Source: an uncultured Acidobacteriota bacterium
GTDB lineage: Bacteria; Acidobacteriota; Terriglobia; Terriglobales; Acidobacteriaceae
NCBI GenBank assembly: GCA_963787685.1
Contig: CAWBED010000018.1
Coordinates: forward strand, 33,556 to 97,555
DNA: 64,000 nucleotides
Direction of reading: 5' to 3'
The notes under the pieces were generated by a model. The model saw nothing but the letters and a program-made list of their open reading frames with translations. It ran no database searches and was not told the origin of the DNA. Position numbers and translations under genes: made by a program. Shown here piece by piece: positions 10,075 to 19,464 of this stretch (the stretch's first letter is position 1; each line of letters opens with the position of its first letter).

Positions 10075-12468
10075 ATGGCTGCGATTGCTCCCACGCCTGT
10101 TGCTGCGCGCAGGGCGGAAATCCCAGAGTCCACGCTGTTGGCGGCGCTCGCGCTTACCAGCTTTTCGACATTGCTGCTGGAGCTTGCGCTGACGCGCCTG
10201 TTCTCGGTTGTTCTCTTCTATCACTTCGCATTTCTTGCTATTTCGATCGCTCTGCTGGGACTCGGGGCCGGCGGAGTGTTCGCCTACTTGCTCAAGAGCC
10301 AATTCGCGAATTCTGAGACTCGCGTGATCGCTAGCTGGCTGTGCATGGCGAATTCCGTAGTGATCTTCATTGTGCTGGAGACTGTGCTGCACGCGAGGGT
10401 GGCGCTTGACGTCTCGGCAATGAACTTCGTGCGGTTGACGGTAATTTATCTGGCCGCTGCCGTGCCGTTCTTCCTTACGGGACTTCTCTTTTCGATTGTG
10501 TTCGCGCGCGAAACCAGTCGCATTCCACGGCTCTATGGAGCCGATTTGTGCGGTGGAGCGCTGGCCTGCCTTGCGGTCGTCCCGTTGCTGAATTGGCTGG
10601 GCGGGCCGAATACGATCCTAGCCGCGGGAATTTCTTTAGCTCTTGCGGCCATCCTTTGGGCAGAGACCAGCACCATCCGCAAATTCGCAGGCTTCCTGGC
10701 GCTGGTTCTCGCTGGGCTGATCGCGGCGAACCATTCGGGACGCCTGATTGACATTGTTTATGCGAAGGGGATGTTCCGCAATCCGGAGTGGGTTGAGTTC
10801 GCGCGCTGGAATGCGTTGTCGCGGGTGGAAGTGGATCGACAAGGACAGGCGAAGGCGATTGTCATCGACGCCGATGCATCCACTTACATCATGAACGCCG
10901 ATCTTTCGCATTGGCAGGGCACGGTGTGGGAGCACAATCTGATGGCAGCGCCGCCAGCGCTGGCTAATGTTTTACGCCCACACGGAGATTTCGCGATCAT
11001 TGGGCCGGGTGGTGGCGTGGACGTGTTGCGAGCCGTGGCCAACGGCAGTCCGAGCGTCACCGGAATCGAAATCAACCCCATCATCGCCACCACGATCATG
11101 CGTGGTCGGTACGCGGATTACGCGCAGCATCTTTACGATCGTCCCGATGTTCACATTCACGTCACGGACGGCCGTTCGTTCCTGCGTTCGACTCCGCAGC
11201 ATTTCGATGTTGTACAGATGACGCTCGTGGACACGTGGGCTTCGACCGCGGCCGGCGCCTTCGCACTCAGCGAAAATAATTTGTATACGGTTGACGCCTT
11301 CCGCGAATATTTCGATCACCTCAAGCCGGAAGGCATGATCGCGATAACGCGCTGGGAGTTCCGCGAGCCGCGTGAAGCGTTGCGCGTTGTGGCCGTTGCG
11401 ATGGACGCACTGCATCGCCTCGGTGTCGCGAATCCTGCCCGCAACTTCATTGTGGCGTCACAGGGATCGCTCGATGAAGACGGTATCCCGGTGATCGTGC
11501 TGGCGAAGAAGACTGCGTTTACGGCCGAGGAAGAGGCGGCGGTGAACAAGCATTTCGATCGCTATTCGGAACTTGAGCCGATTTATCTGCCGTCACAGTC
11601 CGGGCACGATCCGTTCTCCGAACTGATTGCCAGCAATGATCCGTACGCCTTTGCCAGGGGCTACGCCTACAACGTCGCGCCGGTGAACGATAACGCGCCA
11701 TTCTTCTTCTTCACGCTCAAGGCCAGCCAGATTCTTGGAGAAAAAGGACTGCGCCAGGGGATCGACTGGAAAGTAAACCTTGGTGTACTGGTTCTGCTGC
11801 TGGTGCTCGTCATCTCGATCGTTGCGGTGCTCGTATTTCTGGTTCTGCCGCTGGCCTTGCGGAGCAACCAGTCTCGCAAATCCCCGCTTTGTCTGCTCTA
11901 TTTCGTTGCCGTGGGACTCGGCTACATCATGGTCGAGATCGCGTTTATCCAGCGCTTTGTGCTCTTTCTCGGACATCCGACATACGCCCTGACCGTGGTT
12001 ATTTTTCTACTGATGTTATCGAGTGGCGCCGGCAGCCTGCTTTCCCGGCTCTGGTTGCCACGGCCGGAGATGGGCTGGATCCCGCTGGCACTCGTTATTC
12101 TCACGCTGGCGGCGGATGTGTTCTTCCTTCCGAACCGGCTCGCCGCGCTCGTGGGTATGAGTTTCGACTATCGTCTGCTGGTTAGCGGAGTCCTGTTGAT
12201 CCCACTGGGATTTGTCATGGGAATGCCTTTCCCCACGGGCCTTCGTGCTCTGGCGGCTTCTCCCGCACCCGAGTTTCCGTCTGGTCAAGGAGCGTCGGAC
12301 AATGCCGTGGAGTGGGCCTGGGCGATGAATGCCGCGGCAAGTGTGATGGGATCGGTGCTGGCGATGGTGATTGCCATCCAGTTCGGATTGACCATTACCC
12401 TGGCGTGCGGAGCCGCCGCATACCTGTTAGCTCTGCTGACGATGCCTATGTTGCGTCCTCGTACGTAG
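10075..12468 (+). CDS. Polytopic membrane protein with a central spermidine-synthase-like (class I methyltransferase fold) domain
   Basis: 797 aa. About 7 N-terminal and about 6 C-terminal hydrophobic helices flank a soluble block with IIGPGGGVDVLRAV...DVVQMTLVD, the aminopropyltransferase-like nucleotide-binding pattern. Confidence 0.7.
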   Translation: MAAIAPTPVAARRAEIPESTLLAALALTSFSTLLLELALTRLFSVVLFYHFAFLAISIALLGLGAGGVFAYLLKSQFANSETRVIASWLCMANSVVIFIVLETVLHARVALDVSAMNFVRLTVIYLAAAVPFFLTGLLFSIVFARETSRIPRLYGADLCGGALACLAVVPLLNWLGGPNTILAAGISLALAAILWAETSTIRKFAGFLALVLAGLIAANHSGRLIDIVYAKGMFRNPEWVEFARWNALSRVEVDRQGQAKAIVIDADASTYIMNADLSHWQGTVWEHNLMAAPPALANVLRPHGDFAIIGPGGGVDVLRAVANGSPSVTGIEINPIIATTIMRGRYADYAQHLYDRPDVHIHVTDGRSFLRSTPQHFDVVQMTLVDTWASTAAGAFALSENNLYTVDAFREYFDHLKPEGMIAITRWEFREPREALRVVAVAMDALHRLGVANPARNFIVASQGSLDEDGIPVIVLAKKTAFTAEEEAAVNKHFDRYSELEPIYLPSQSGHDPFSELIASNDPYAFARGYAYNVAPVNDNAPFFFFTLKASQILGEKGLRQGIDWKVNLGVLVLLLVLVISIVAVLVFLVLPLALRSNQSRKSPLCLLYFVAVGLGYIMVEIAFIQRFVLFLGHPTYALTVVIFLLMLSSGAGSLLSRLWLPRPEMGWIPLALVILTLAADVFFLPNRLAALVGMSFDYRLLVSGVLLIPLGFVMGMPFPTGLRALAASPAPEFPSGQGASDNAVEWAWAMNAAASVMGSVLAMVIAIQFGLTITLACGAAAYLLALLTMPMLRPRT

Positions 12469-12586
12469 GCGTGGCCTTGATTTTGTTATTATGCAGCGAT
12501 GGGGCGCGCAGCAGAAAACCGGCAGCGATCTGAGCTGTTGTCGCGGCCGGCGCAACACATCCCAACTGGCGTCATGAGGAAATCAT

Positions 12587-13666
12587 TTGCCTAGCCAGAA
12601 GCAGCTCAAGTGGTCGCAACTGCGTGTTGGGATCACGGTGATCGTCGCCAGTCTGACGCTCGGATTTCTGCTGTTCCTCATGTCGGGCACGGCGGGGCTC
12701 TTCACTCCGCGTATCACGCTGAGATCCTATTTCGACAATGCCGAAGGGCTGCGAATCGGCGCTCCCGTGCGCCTGAGTGGGGTCGATATCGGCAATGTGA
12801 CTCATATCGGCATCGTCAACATGGCAGATAAGCGGCTGACGCCCGTCGAAGTCCAAATGAAAGTGAGCACGAAGTATGGTTATGCCCTGCGACGAGACTC
12901 GGTGACTTCCCTCGAGACGGCTGGAGTGCTCGGCGAGACCTATCTCGATATCGACAGCTCGCAGGCCGTGGCGGGAGATGTGCACGACGGCGACATTCTG
13001 CCGACACAGGTTCATCCCGACTTCAACCAGGTGGTCCGCGCCAGCCAAAGCACGCTGCAAAACATGGACGCGTTGTTGAAACGCGCCGACCGCATTCTGG
13101 CATTCGCCGAAAGCGGCAAGGGATCTCTGGGAAAACTGATCTACGACCCGACACTCTATAACCGCTTCTCGGCGACAGTTGCCGATTTCCAGAAGATCGT
13201 CTCAGAAGTGGGAAGCGGCCAGGGAAGTCTCGGCGCTCTCATCAGCCGCAACGACGCCTATGACAAGTTCCTTTCCACGCTCGACAAAATGAACAGCGTG
13301 ATCGACGACATGCAGCAAGGCAAGGGCACGGCCGGAAAATTCCTGAAAGACCCGTCGCTCTATAACAACGCCAACGATACGATCGCCAACCTGAAGAAGG
13401 TCACCGACGACATCAACGCGGGCAAGGGAACGCTGGGCAAGCTGGCGAAGGACGAGGAACTGGCGAAGAAGTTGGATACGACGATCACCAAGCTGTCAGA
13501 ACTCACCACAGAACTCGAAGCCGGCCAAGGCTCGGCGGGCAAGCTCTTCAAAGACGAAACCCTCTACAACAATGCCAGCGATATGTTGGTAGAGACGAAG
13601 GCGCTGGTCAAGGGGATCCGCGAGAATCCGAAGAAGTATCTGAGCATTAAACTGCACATATTCTGA
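12587..13666 (+). CDS. MlaD/MCE-domain protein with five C-terminal tandem repeats
   Basis: TTG start after GAGGAAA. N-terminal TM helix, MCE core (YFDNAEGLRIGAPVRLSGVDIGNV), then five repeats of about 34 aa each starting G(K/Q)G(S/T)xGK. Confidence 0.75.
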   Translation: MPSQKQLKWSQLRVGITVIVASLTLGFLLFLMSGTAGLFTPRITLRSYFDNAEGLRIGAPVRLSGVDIGNVTHIGIVNMADKRLTPVEVQMKVSTKYGYALRRDSVTSLETAGVLGETYLDIDSSQAVAGDVHDGDILPTQVHPDFNQVVRASQSTLQNMDALLKRADRILAFAESGKGSLGKLIYDPTLYNRFSATVADFQKIVSEVGSGQGSLGALISRNDAYDKFLSTLDKMNSVIDDMQQGKGTAGKFLKDPSLYNNANDTIANLKKVTDDINAGKGTLGKLAKDEELAKKLDTTITKLSELTTELEAGQGSAGKLFKDETLYNNASDMLVETKALVKGIRENPKKYLSIKLHIF

Positions 13667-13789
13667 TCACTTTTCGCGCCCTTTGCGGGTGCGATGCTTG
13701 CCGTACCTAAGGTGGATCGTCCTGCTCTTTCCTGAATTCAGGCGCCTGTCCGGATGTTATATTGTGCGAATTCCGGAGGCGCGGCGTTC

Positions 13790-15025
13790 ATGGCCCCCAT
13801 TCTTCTCTGGCTGATTCTGGTTCTCTGCCTGCTGATCTCTGTGGTGAAGTACGTCATGGGGATCATCATGCGGTTTTCTTTCCCTAGCGTAAGGGCCAGG
13901 AAGGATTACAGCTACGAGCCAACCGTCAGCGTGCTGATGCCCTGTTACAACGAGGGCAAGACGGTGTATGAAACGATCGAGAGCATCAGCAAGAGCAATT
14001 ATCCGAACTCCAAGTTTGAAGTGATCGCGCAAGACGACTGTTCCGCCGACGACAGCTACGAGTGGATGATCAAAGCTCAGCGGGACTTCACCAACATTCG
14101 GATCCGGACCGGGCGGAATGCAGTCAACAGCGGCAAGGCGCGCTCGGTTTGCAATGCCCTTCAACATTCCACGGCAGAGGTCATCATTTCGATTGATTCG
14201 GATTGCATCTTCCATCCCGACGCCATCCGCGAATTGACCGCCTGTTTCGCCGAACCGCGCATGGGTTCGGTAGGTGGCCGGGTTGGAGTCAGGAATCCGA
14301 ACGAGAGCGTCATCACTGCCATCCAGACGATAATTTATTACTCGGCGTTCCAGCTGTATAAGATTCCGGAGAACTGGACCCGCAGTGTGTGCTGCATTAG
14401 CGGTTGTCTCTTCGCGATCCGGCGCGAGTTGTTGCTCGAAATCGAGCCGGCAATCCGCGCCCGCAACTGGTTCGGCATTCCGGTAAATCAAGGCGAGGAC
14501 AGGTTTCTGACTCACCAGACCCTACTGCGCGGGTACGGAACGTACATCAACAACGACGCGCTTTGCTGGACTACGGTGCCCAACACGCTCTCTGTTCTCT
14601 TCAAGCAGCAACTGCGCTGGCGGCGGAGCATTGTGCGGGACTTCTTCTACACGCTCAAGACTTTGCCGCAGCATGTCTGGAAGCTGCACCCGAACACGGT
14701 GCTCACTCTGGTTTTGACCCCGGTCGGAGCTCTGGTTGGATTTCTAGTCTTGATGACCATGCTCACTCAGGATCCACTGGCTTGGACTGGACCCGTCCCG
14801 CTTTTGACGGCGCTTGGAATTGGGGCAGTTCTGAGTTGGGTGATCAAGCGATACAGCGCGAAAGAGGCGATCACCCATCCTCTGGCCTTTGCAGCATACG
14901 TAGCCTGGTCGTTCGTCAGCAGCTTGTTTCTGACGCCCCTCGCCCTGTGCACTATGGATTCCGCGGACTGGGGCACTCGAACTATCGAACAACAAGAGGT
15001 GCCTCTTGGCAACGCCATCCGCTGA
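13790..15025 (+). CDS. Processive family-2 glycosyltransferase, NodC / hyaluronan-synthase / chitin-synthase-like
   Basis: VSVLMPCYNEG, DDCSADDS, SIDSDCIF (DXD), GEDRFLT and QQLRWRRS (QxxRW) motifs. TM helices at the N-terminus and in the C-terminal third. The ATG at 13790 follows GGAGG; an alternative ATG lies at 13754. Confidence 0.85.
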   Translation: MAPILLWLILVLCLLISVVKYVMGIIMRFSFPSVRARKDYSYEPTVSVLMPCYNEGKTVYETIESISKSNYPNSKFEVIAQDDCSADDSYEWMIKAQRDFTNIRIRTGRNAVNSGKARSVCNALQHSTAEVIISIDSDCIFHPDAIRELTACFAEPRMGSVGGRVGVRNPNESVITAIQTIIYYSAFQLYKIPENWTRSVCCISGCLFAIRRELLLEIEPAIRARNWFGIPVNQGEDRFLTHQTLLRGYGTYINNDALCWTTVPNTLSVLFKQQLRWRRSIVRDFFYTLKTLPQHVWKLHPNTVLTLVLTPVGALVGFLVLMTMLTQDPLAWTGPVPLLTALGIGAVLSWVIKRYSAKEAITHPLAFAAYVAWSFVSSLFLTPLALCTMDSADWGTRTIEQQEVPLGNAIR

Positions 15026-15050
15026 CACGCTCCCGCCGGAACCAAAAACA

Positions 15051-16127
15051 ATGCCGCCTGACACTCAGACGAGGAAGGCGCCGCCCCCGCAGACCCTGCA
15101 ATCGTTGCACTACAAACTCATCCTTACGCTGTATCGAGTCTTTGCCATCGCGGTGCTGTATCTCGTGTTGATCGGCATTCTTGCCTACGCCTGGGTCATG
15201 GGATTCTACGCGGTGAACAGTTCCTGGGCCGCGCCGGTGATTCTCTCGGCTGCTGACGAGAAGAGCCTCGACTTCCGCGAAAAGCTGGTGACCAGCCAGC
15301 AGACCATCGAGGATCTAAAGGTCGACACCAACAAATTGAACAGTGGCGTGGCCGAGATGAAAAAACATCGCGCCGCTCTGCTCGCTCTCGAACCGCAACT
15401 GCAGACCGCGATCGCGCGCGAGCAGACCCACAACCTCACCGCCGGACCCGAGCTCGCGACCCTCGACCGTCAGAAGCTCGCCGACAACCAGAAAACGCAA
15501 ACGGTGCTGGCCCAGCTGAACCAGGTAGAGTCGAACATCAACAAGGATCTCGCCAGCGGATTGATCACGCAGGGTGATGCGGCTACGCAGCTCGCCGCCC
15601 TGAACCAGGCAAAAGGAGCCTACACCGATAGCAAAATTGCCGAAGTCTTGCTTACCGACAGCGTTCTCGATAAGACCACCACGGGCACCAGTTCGCTCAA
15701 CGTGCTGGTAAAGCAGGCGGAGTTGCGCTCCGAGGTCGCGCAGCTGGACGTTGCCATCAACGTGGCGGAGAAACAGCTGCAGGAAGAATCCCGCCAGATC
15801 GATCGCTTACGAGAGGCGATCGGCACCGCCAAGCAAAATCCGTATTACCTGAATGCCGCGGGCGGCCAGACACTTTACTTTGCATTCGTGCCCTACGACA
15901 ACCAGGCGCATGCGGTGGCCGGAAGTTCCGTCTACGACTGCTATCTGAACATGATTGCCTGCCGCAAGGTCGGTACGGTGAAGCAGATATTTCCGGGCGA
16001 AGAGCAAGCCATCCATCCCATCTTCAAGACGCAGATTCGCGGCTTCCTGATCCAGATGAATCTGGATCACGCCGATTCCGCGAAATCCAAGACCGTGTTC
16101 CTGGGCAGCAAGCCAGTGCTTTTTTGA
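15051..16127 (+). CDS. Inner-membrane-anchored coiled-coil protein (periplasmic adaptor / MFP-like architecture)
   Basis: One TM helix (ILTLYRVFAIAVLYLVLIGILAYAWV), about 200 aa of Q/L/A/E-rich helical sequence, and a beta-rich C-terminal domain. Same strand, 25 nt after the GT2 stop. The ORF track starts it at TTG 15006. Confidence 0.6.
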   Translation: MPPDTQTRKAPPPQTLQSLHYKLILTLYRVFAIAVLYLVLIGILAYAWVMGFYAVNSSWAAPVILSAADEKSLDFREKLVTSQQTIEDLKVDTNKLNSGVAEMKKHRAALLALEPQLQTAIAREQTHNLTAGPELATLDRQKLADNQKTQTVLAQLNQVESNINKDLASGLITQGDAATQLAALNQAKGAYTDSKIAEVLLTDSVLDKTTTGTSSLNVLVKQAELRSEVAQLDVAINVAEKQLQEESRQIDRLREAIGTAKQNPYYLNAAGGQTLYFAFVPYDNQAHAVAGSSVYDCYLNMIACRKVGTVKQIFPGEEQAIHPIFKTQIRGFLIQMNLDHADSAKSKTVFLGSKPVLF

Positions 16128-16156
16128 CCCATTTAGCCGCGCCGAAGGAGAAAAGA

Positions 16157-17218
16157 ATGTTTCCAAATCACTGGAAGTTGGTGATAGTGTCCGCCCTGTT
16201 CCTGGCAAGTACAGCGTGGGCAGGGGACCTGACTGATCAGTTGGCTTATTGCTCTTATGTGATGGAGCAGGCCGAGGCTCAGCGCGACCTGTTGCGAACT
16301 CCGATTGCCGCCGGCGGCTTCACGCAGCCCGAAACCGGTTTGCCGCTGCAATTGGTTGGCGGCGCATCGCTCGGTCTCTCCGACTTCCGGAAAGCCGGTC
16401 TGACCATGGCTGTGGCGCGCAAGAACTGCGAGCTCTACAAAGCTACGACTGCGGCTCAGCAGGATGTTCAATATGCGCTGTCCAGCTTGGAGAGAGAAGC
16501 GTTGAATCACCGGCTCACGCTGATCGAACAGGCCGCGAAATCGCTGGACGAACTGATGGCCACGACCTCGAAAATGGTGGAGGCCCAAACTGCGACGCGC
16601 CTCATGCTTTTTTCGCTGCAGACAACGAAGATCAAGCTGGAGGCCGACCGTGCCGATACCCAGTCGAAAATCGCCGCGATCTATGTCCCACCCCTCAGCG
16701 ATAAACCTCTGAAGGAGCTTGTCGCACAGAAACAGAACGGCGAAGCCAGCCAGCAAAAGGCGCTTGATAGGCTCAACCGCCAGAACAATTGGGACGTAGC
16801 TCTTTCCGTGGGCGTGCACCAGCAAGTGAATCCAGTCGCTTACGGCGCGCAGCCTTACGGAGCCGTCTCTGTCAACTACAACCTTGCCAGTCGCGCCATC
16901 GACAAGCACCTCGATCGCGCAGCGGATTCTTATAGTGAGTGGAAAAAATTGCAGGAGGGCGATGTGGTCCGCAACATGGAGGTCCTGCGCCAGCAATTGC
17001 TCGATAGTGCCACAGTTCAGGAAGCCAAGCTCAAATCACTTCAGGCTGAGAGCGGGCAAATCGATAAGAACCTGCAGTCGGTTACCAATCCTGACACCTC
17101 CGCAGCGCTCGACTTCCGCAATCAATTGAGCGCTGCCCAGCTTCTCCTGCAAGTCGAGACTGGAGATGCCAGCTTTCGGGCCGGCCGCCTGCGGGAATAC
17201 CTCGAAAAGAATTACTGA
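16157..17218 (+). CDS. Secreted helical protein, tentatively TolC/outer-membrane-factor-like
   Basis: AAGGAG at 16145-16150 then ATG at 16157. Signal peptide MFPNHWKLVIVSALFLASTAWA. Long helical stretches surround a short beta segment (NWDVALSVGVHQQV...YGAVSVNYNL). The similarity call rests on architecture only. Confidence 0.5.
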   Translation: MFPNHWKLVIVSALFLASTAWAGDLTDQLAYCSYVMEQAEAQRDLLRTPIAAGGFTQPETGLPLQLVGGASLGLSDFRKAGLTMAVARKNCELYKATTAAQQDVQYALSSLEREALNHRLTLIEQAAKSLDELMATTSKMVEAQTATRLMLFSLQTTKIKLEADRADTQSKIAAIYVPPLSDKPLKELVAQKQNGEASQQKALDRLNRQNNWDVALSVGVHQQVNPVAYGAQPYGAVSVNYNLASRAIDKHLDRAADSYSEWKKLQEGDVVRNMEVLRQQLLDSATVQEAKLKSLQAESGQIDKNLQSVTNPDTSAALDFRNQLSAAQLLLQVETGDASFRAGRLREYLEKNY

Positions 17219-17233
17219 ATGGTTGATCCGGAC

Positions 17234-17533
17234 TCAGTGCTCGCCGATTCCGAAGAGCGCTCCCAGCATCAGAATTACCAGCACGCCCAGAGAAATCCAT
17301 CCGTACTTCTTATCTTTCTCGCGAAAGAAAAGGAAGCAGGCGACGATCACGCGGACAACCGGAGTGGCTAGCATCAGGAGAACGCCAGCCCTCTCGATAT
17401 CGCCGGGGATGGGGCCGGGAAGAAACACTCCCGTCACCAGTCCCGCCAGCATGACAAAGAAACACGCGAAAGCGCCGGTACGGAGCACAAGGGCCACGAT
17501 GCGGTCGAAAGCGGGTTCTCTTAGCTGGCTCAC
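17234..17533 (-). CDS. DUF1634 small membrane protein
   Basis: 99 aa with 3 hydrophobic helices. The 4-nt overlap with the upstream TauE/SafE gene is the usual pairing. Confidence 0.7.
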   Translation of the reverse strand: MSQLREPAFDRIVALVLRTGAFACFFVMLAGLVTGVFLPGPIPGDIERAGVLLMLATPVVRVIVACFLFFREKDKKYGWISLGVLVILMLGALFGIGEH

Positions 17534-18327
17534 ATCGCTCCCTTCGCCAGATGAATGATCAAGTTTCCCGCGAGATACAGCATCACTCCGACGAGTAGAT
17601 AAACGACCACCTTGGTGTGAATTCGCGGTGCCAGGCGCGCACCGATCAACGATCCCACGAAGACACCTGCGGCGAGAGGTGCTGCGATCTCCGGAACTAT
17701 GTCGCCGCGCCGGTAATAGACGATCGCGCTCGCGGCAGCCGTTACGCCAATCATGAAATTTGAAGTCGCCGTCGCTACCATCAGCGGCACGTTCATGAAG
17801 ATGTACATCACCGGTACTTTGATCGGGCCGCCGCCGATGCCGAGTAAGCCGGACAGCATCCCTGCAACCAGCGATGCGCCGAGTCCTAGCGGATAGCGCT
17901 TCGGTTCGTACGGAGGAATCACGACCTCGCCATTGATTCCCGGCGATGAATTGTCCTCATCCTTAACCTTCCCGCGCTTACTCAGGATCGTGATCGCGCT
18001 GTAGAGAAGGAACGCCGCGAAAAGGCCTTCCAGCGCGTTTCGGTTGAAATAGCCGACGAGGTAAGCCATGACCGCGGCACCCAGGGCTGTCGCCAGTTCC
18101 AGCGTCATCCCCAAGCGGATGTCCGTAGTGTGACGTTGCAGGTGAACAGACGAACTGGCCGCTGAAGTGGTGATCACAGCGACCAGGCTCGTCCCGATGG
18201 CTTCGCGGATGGGGATGCCGAAGTGCAGCGCCAGAATCGGCGTGAGTATGACGCCTCCGCCGATCCCTGTGAGCGCGCCCAGCAAGCCGGCGAGAAATCC
18301 CAGGACCAGCAACAAGAAGGTCACCAT
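17530..18327 (-). CDS. TauE/SafE family sulfite/anion exporter
   Basis: 265 aa, 7-8 TM helices, duplicated G-rich motifs (LGALTGIGGGVILTPIL and LSGLLGIGGGPIKVPVM). Confidence 0.85.
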   Translation of the reverse strand: MVTFLLLVLGFLAGLLGALTGIGGGVILTPILALHFGIPIREAIGTSLVAVITTSAASSSVHLQRHTTDIRLGMTLELATALGAAVMAYLVGYFNRNALEGLFAAFLLYSAITILSKRGKVKDEDNSSPGINGEVVIPPYEPKRYPLGLGASLVAGMLSGLLGIGGGPIKVPVMYIFMNVPLMVATATSNFMIGVTAAASAIVYYRRGDIVPEIAAPLAAGVFVGSLIGARLAPRIHTKVVVYLLVGVMLYLAGNLIIHLAKGAM

Positions 18328-18432
18328 GGCCGAGGCGCCCTCACTTTGCCTAGTTGTTCGATGGAGGTACTAACGCCGAGAATCGTGTTCTTCGGAGGAG
18401 CAACGTGGGCGGGAAATCCCGTCCGCCGCAAA

Positions 18433-19419
18433 CTATGTCACCGCCCGTGGGTTGGCAGCGGCGTCGGCATGTTCGTGCGCGTGATAGCTGGACCGAACCA
18501 TTGGTCCTGACTCAACATGGCGGAAACCGAAGCGCAGCGCCTCATTCCGCAGATAGGTGAACTCCTGCGGTTCATAGAAGCGGGCGATCGGCAGATGATC
18601 CTTCGACGGCCGCAGGTACTGGCCGACGGTTAGAATGTCGACGCCGCGCGTGCCCAGATCGCGGAAAACTTCGATCAGCTCTTCGCTCGATTCGCCAAGC
18701 CCGACCATCACGCCACTCTTGGTCACCATGCCCGGAGAGAATTTCTTCGCATTCTCGAGGAGCGCAAGCGTGCGCTCGTAGCGGGCTCCGGAGCGGACCG
18801 CGCGATAAAGCCGCGGGACGGTCTCGGTGTTGTGGTTGAGCACGTCAGGGTGCGCGTCGAGCACAATGCGCAGAGATTCTTCGAGGCCCTGGAAGTCGGG
18901 GATGAGGACCTCGATGCGGCAGTCCGGGGTCAGTTCGCGGATGGCGTGAATCGTCTCGGCAAAAACGCGGGCGCTGCCGATATTGTCATCGTCGCGATTC
19001 ACGCTCGTGACCACCGCATGCTTCAGGCCCAAAGTCGCGACGGCTTCTGCGACCCGTTGCGGTTCGGCCCAATCGATCGGCTCGGGACGCCCCTTCGGCA
19101 CGGCACAGAATCCGCAGCGCCGAGTGCAGATATCGCCGAGCAGCATAAACGTCGCGGTCTTGTGATTCCAGCATTCGCCGATGTTCGGGCATTGCGCTGA
19201 TTCGCAGACGGTGTGCAGGCCCAGTCCACGGGCGAGTTTCTTCAGATTGTGGAAGTTCTCGCCCACCGGCGCTTTGGCCCGCAACCACTGCGGCTTGGGC
19301 ACGCGCACAGGCGGACCGAGCTCAATCTGAATCAGTTGGGAAACACCAGCCATCCTTTCAATATTACCAGTTTCGCGATTATTCTCGGCCTTGGACCGTT
19401 TTGGGTGAGCGAAGGCCAT
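18433..19419 (-). CDS. lipA: Lipoyl synthase
   Basis: CESAQCPNIGECW auxiliary cluster motif and the radical-SAM CTRRCGFCAV motif. The start may instead be the internal MAGVSQ. Confidence 0.93.
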   Translation of the reverse strand: MAFAHPKRSKAENNRETGNIERMAGVSQLIQIELGPPVRVPKPQWLRAKAPVGENFHNLKKLARGLGLHTVCESAQCPNIGECWNHKTATFMLLGDICTRRCGFCAVPKGRPEPIDWAEPQRVAEAVATLGLKHAVVTSVNRDDDNIGSARVFAETIHAIRELTPDCRIEVLIPDFQGLEESLRIVLDAHPDVLNHNTETVPRLYRAVRSGARYERTLALLENAKKFSPGMVTKSGVMVGLGESSEELIEVFRDLGTRGVDILTVGQYLRPSKDHLPIARFYEPQEFTYLRNEALRFGFRHVESGPMVRSSYHAHEHADAAANPRAVT

Positions 19420-19464
19420 TGTCCGAGTTGTCGCGGACGGGCTTTAGTGGAACACTTTGACTCA

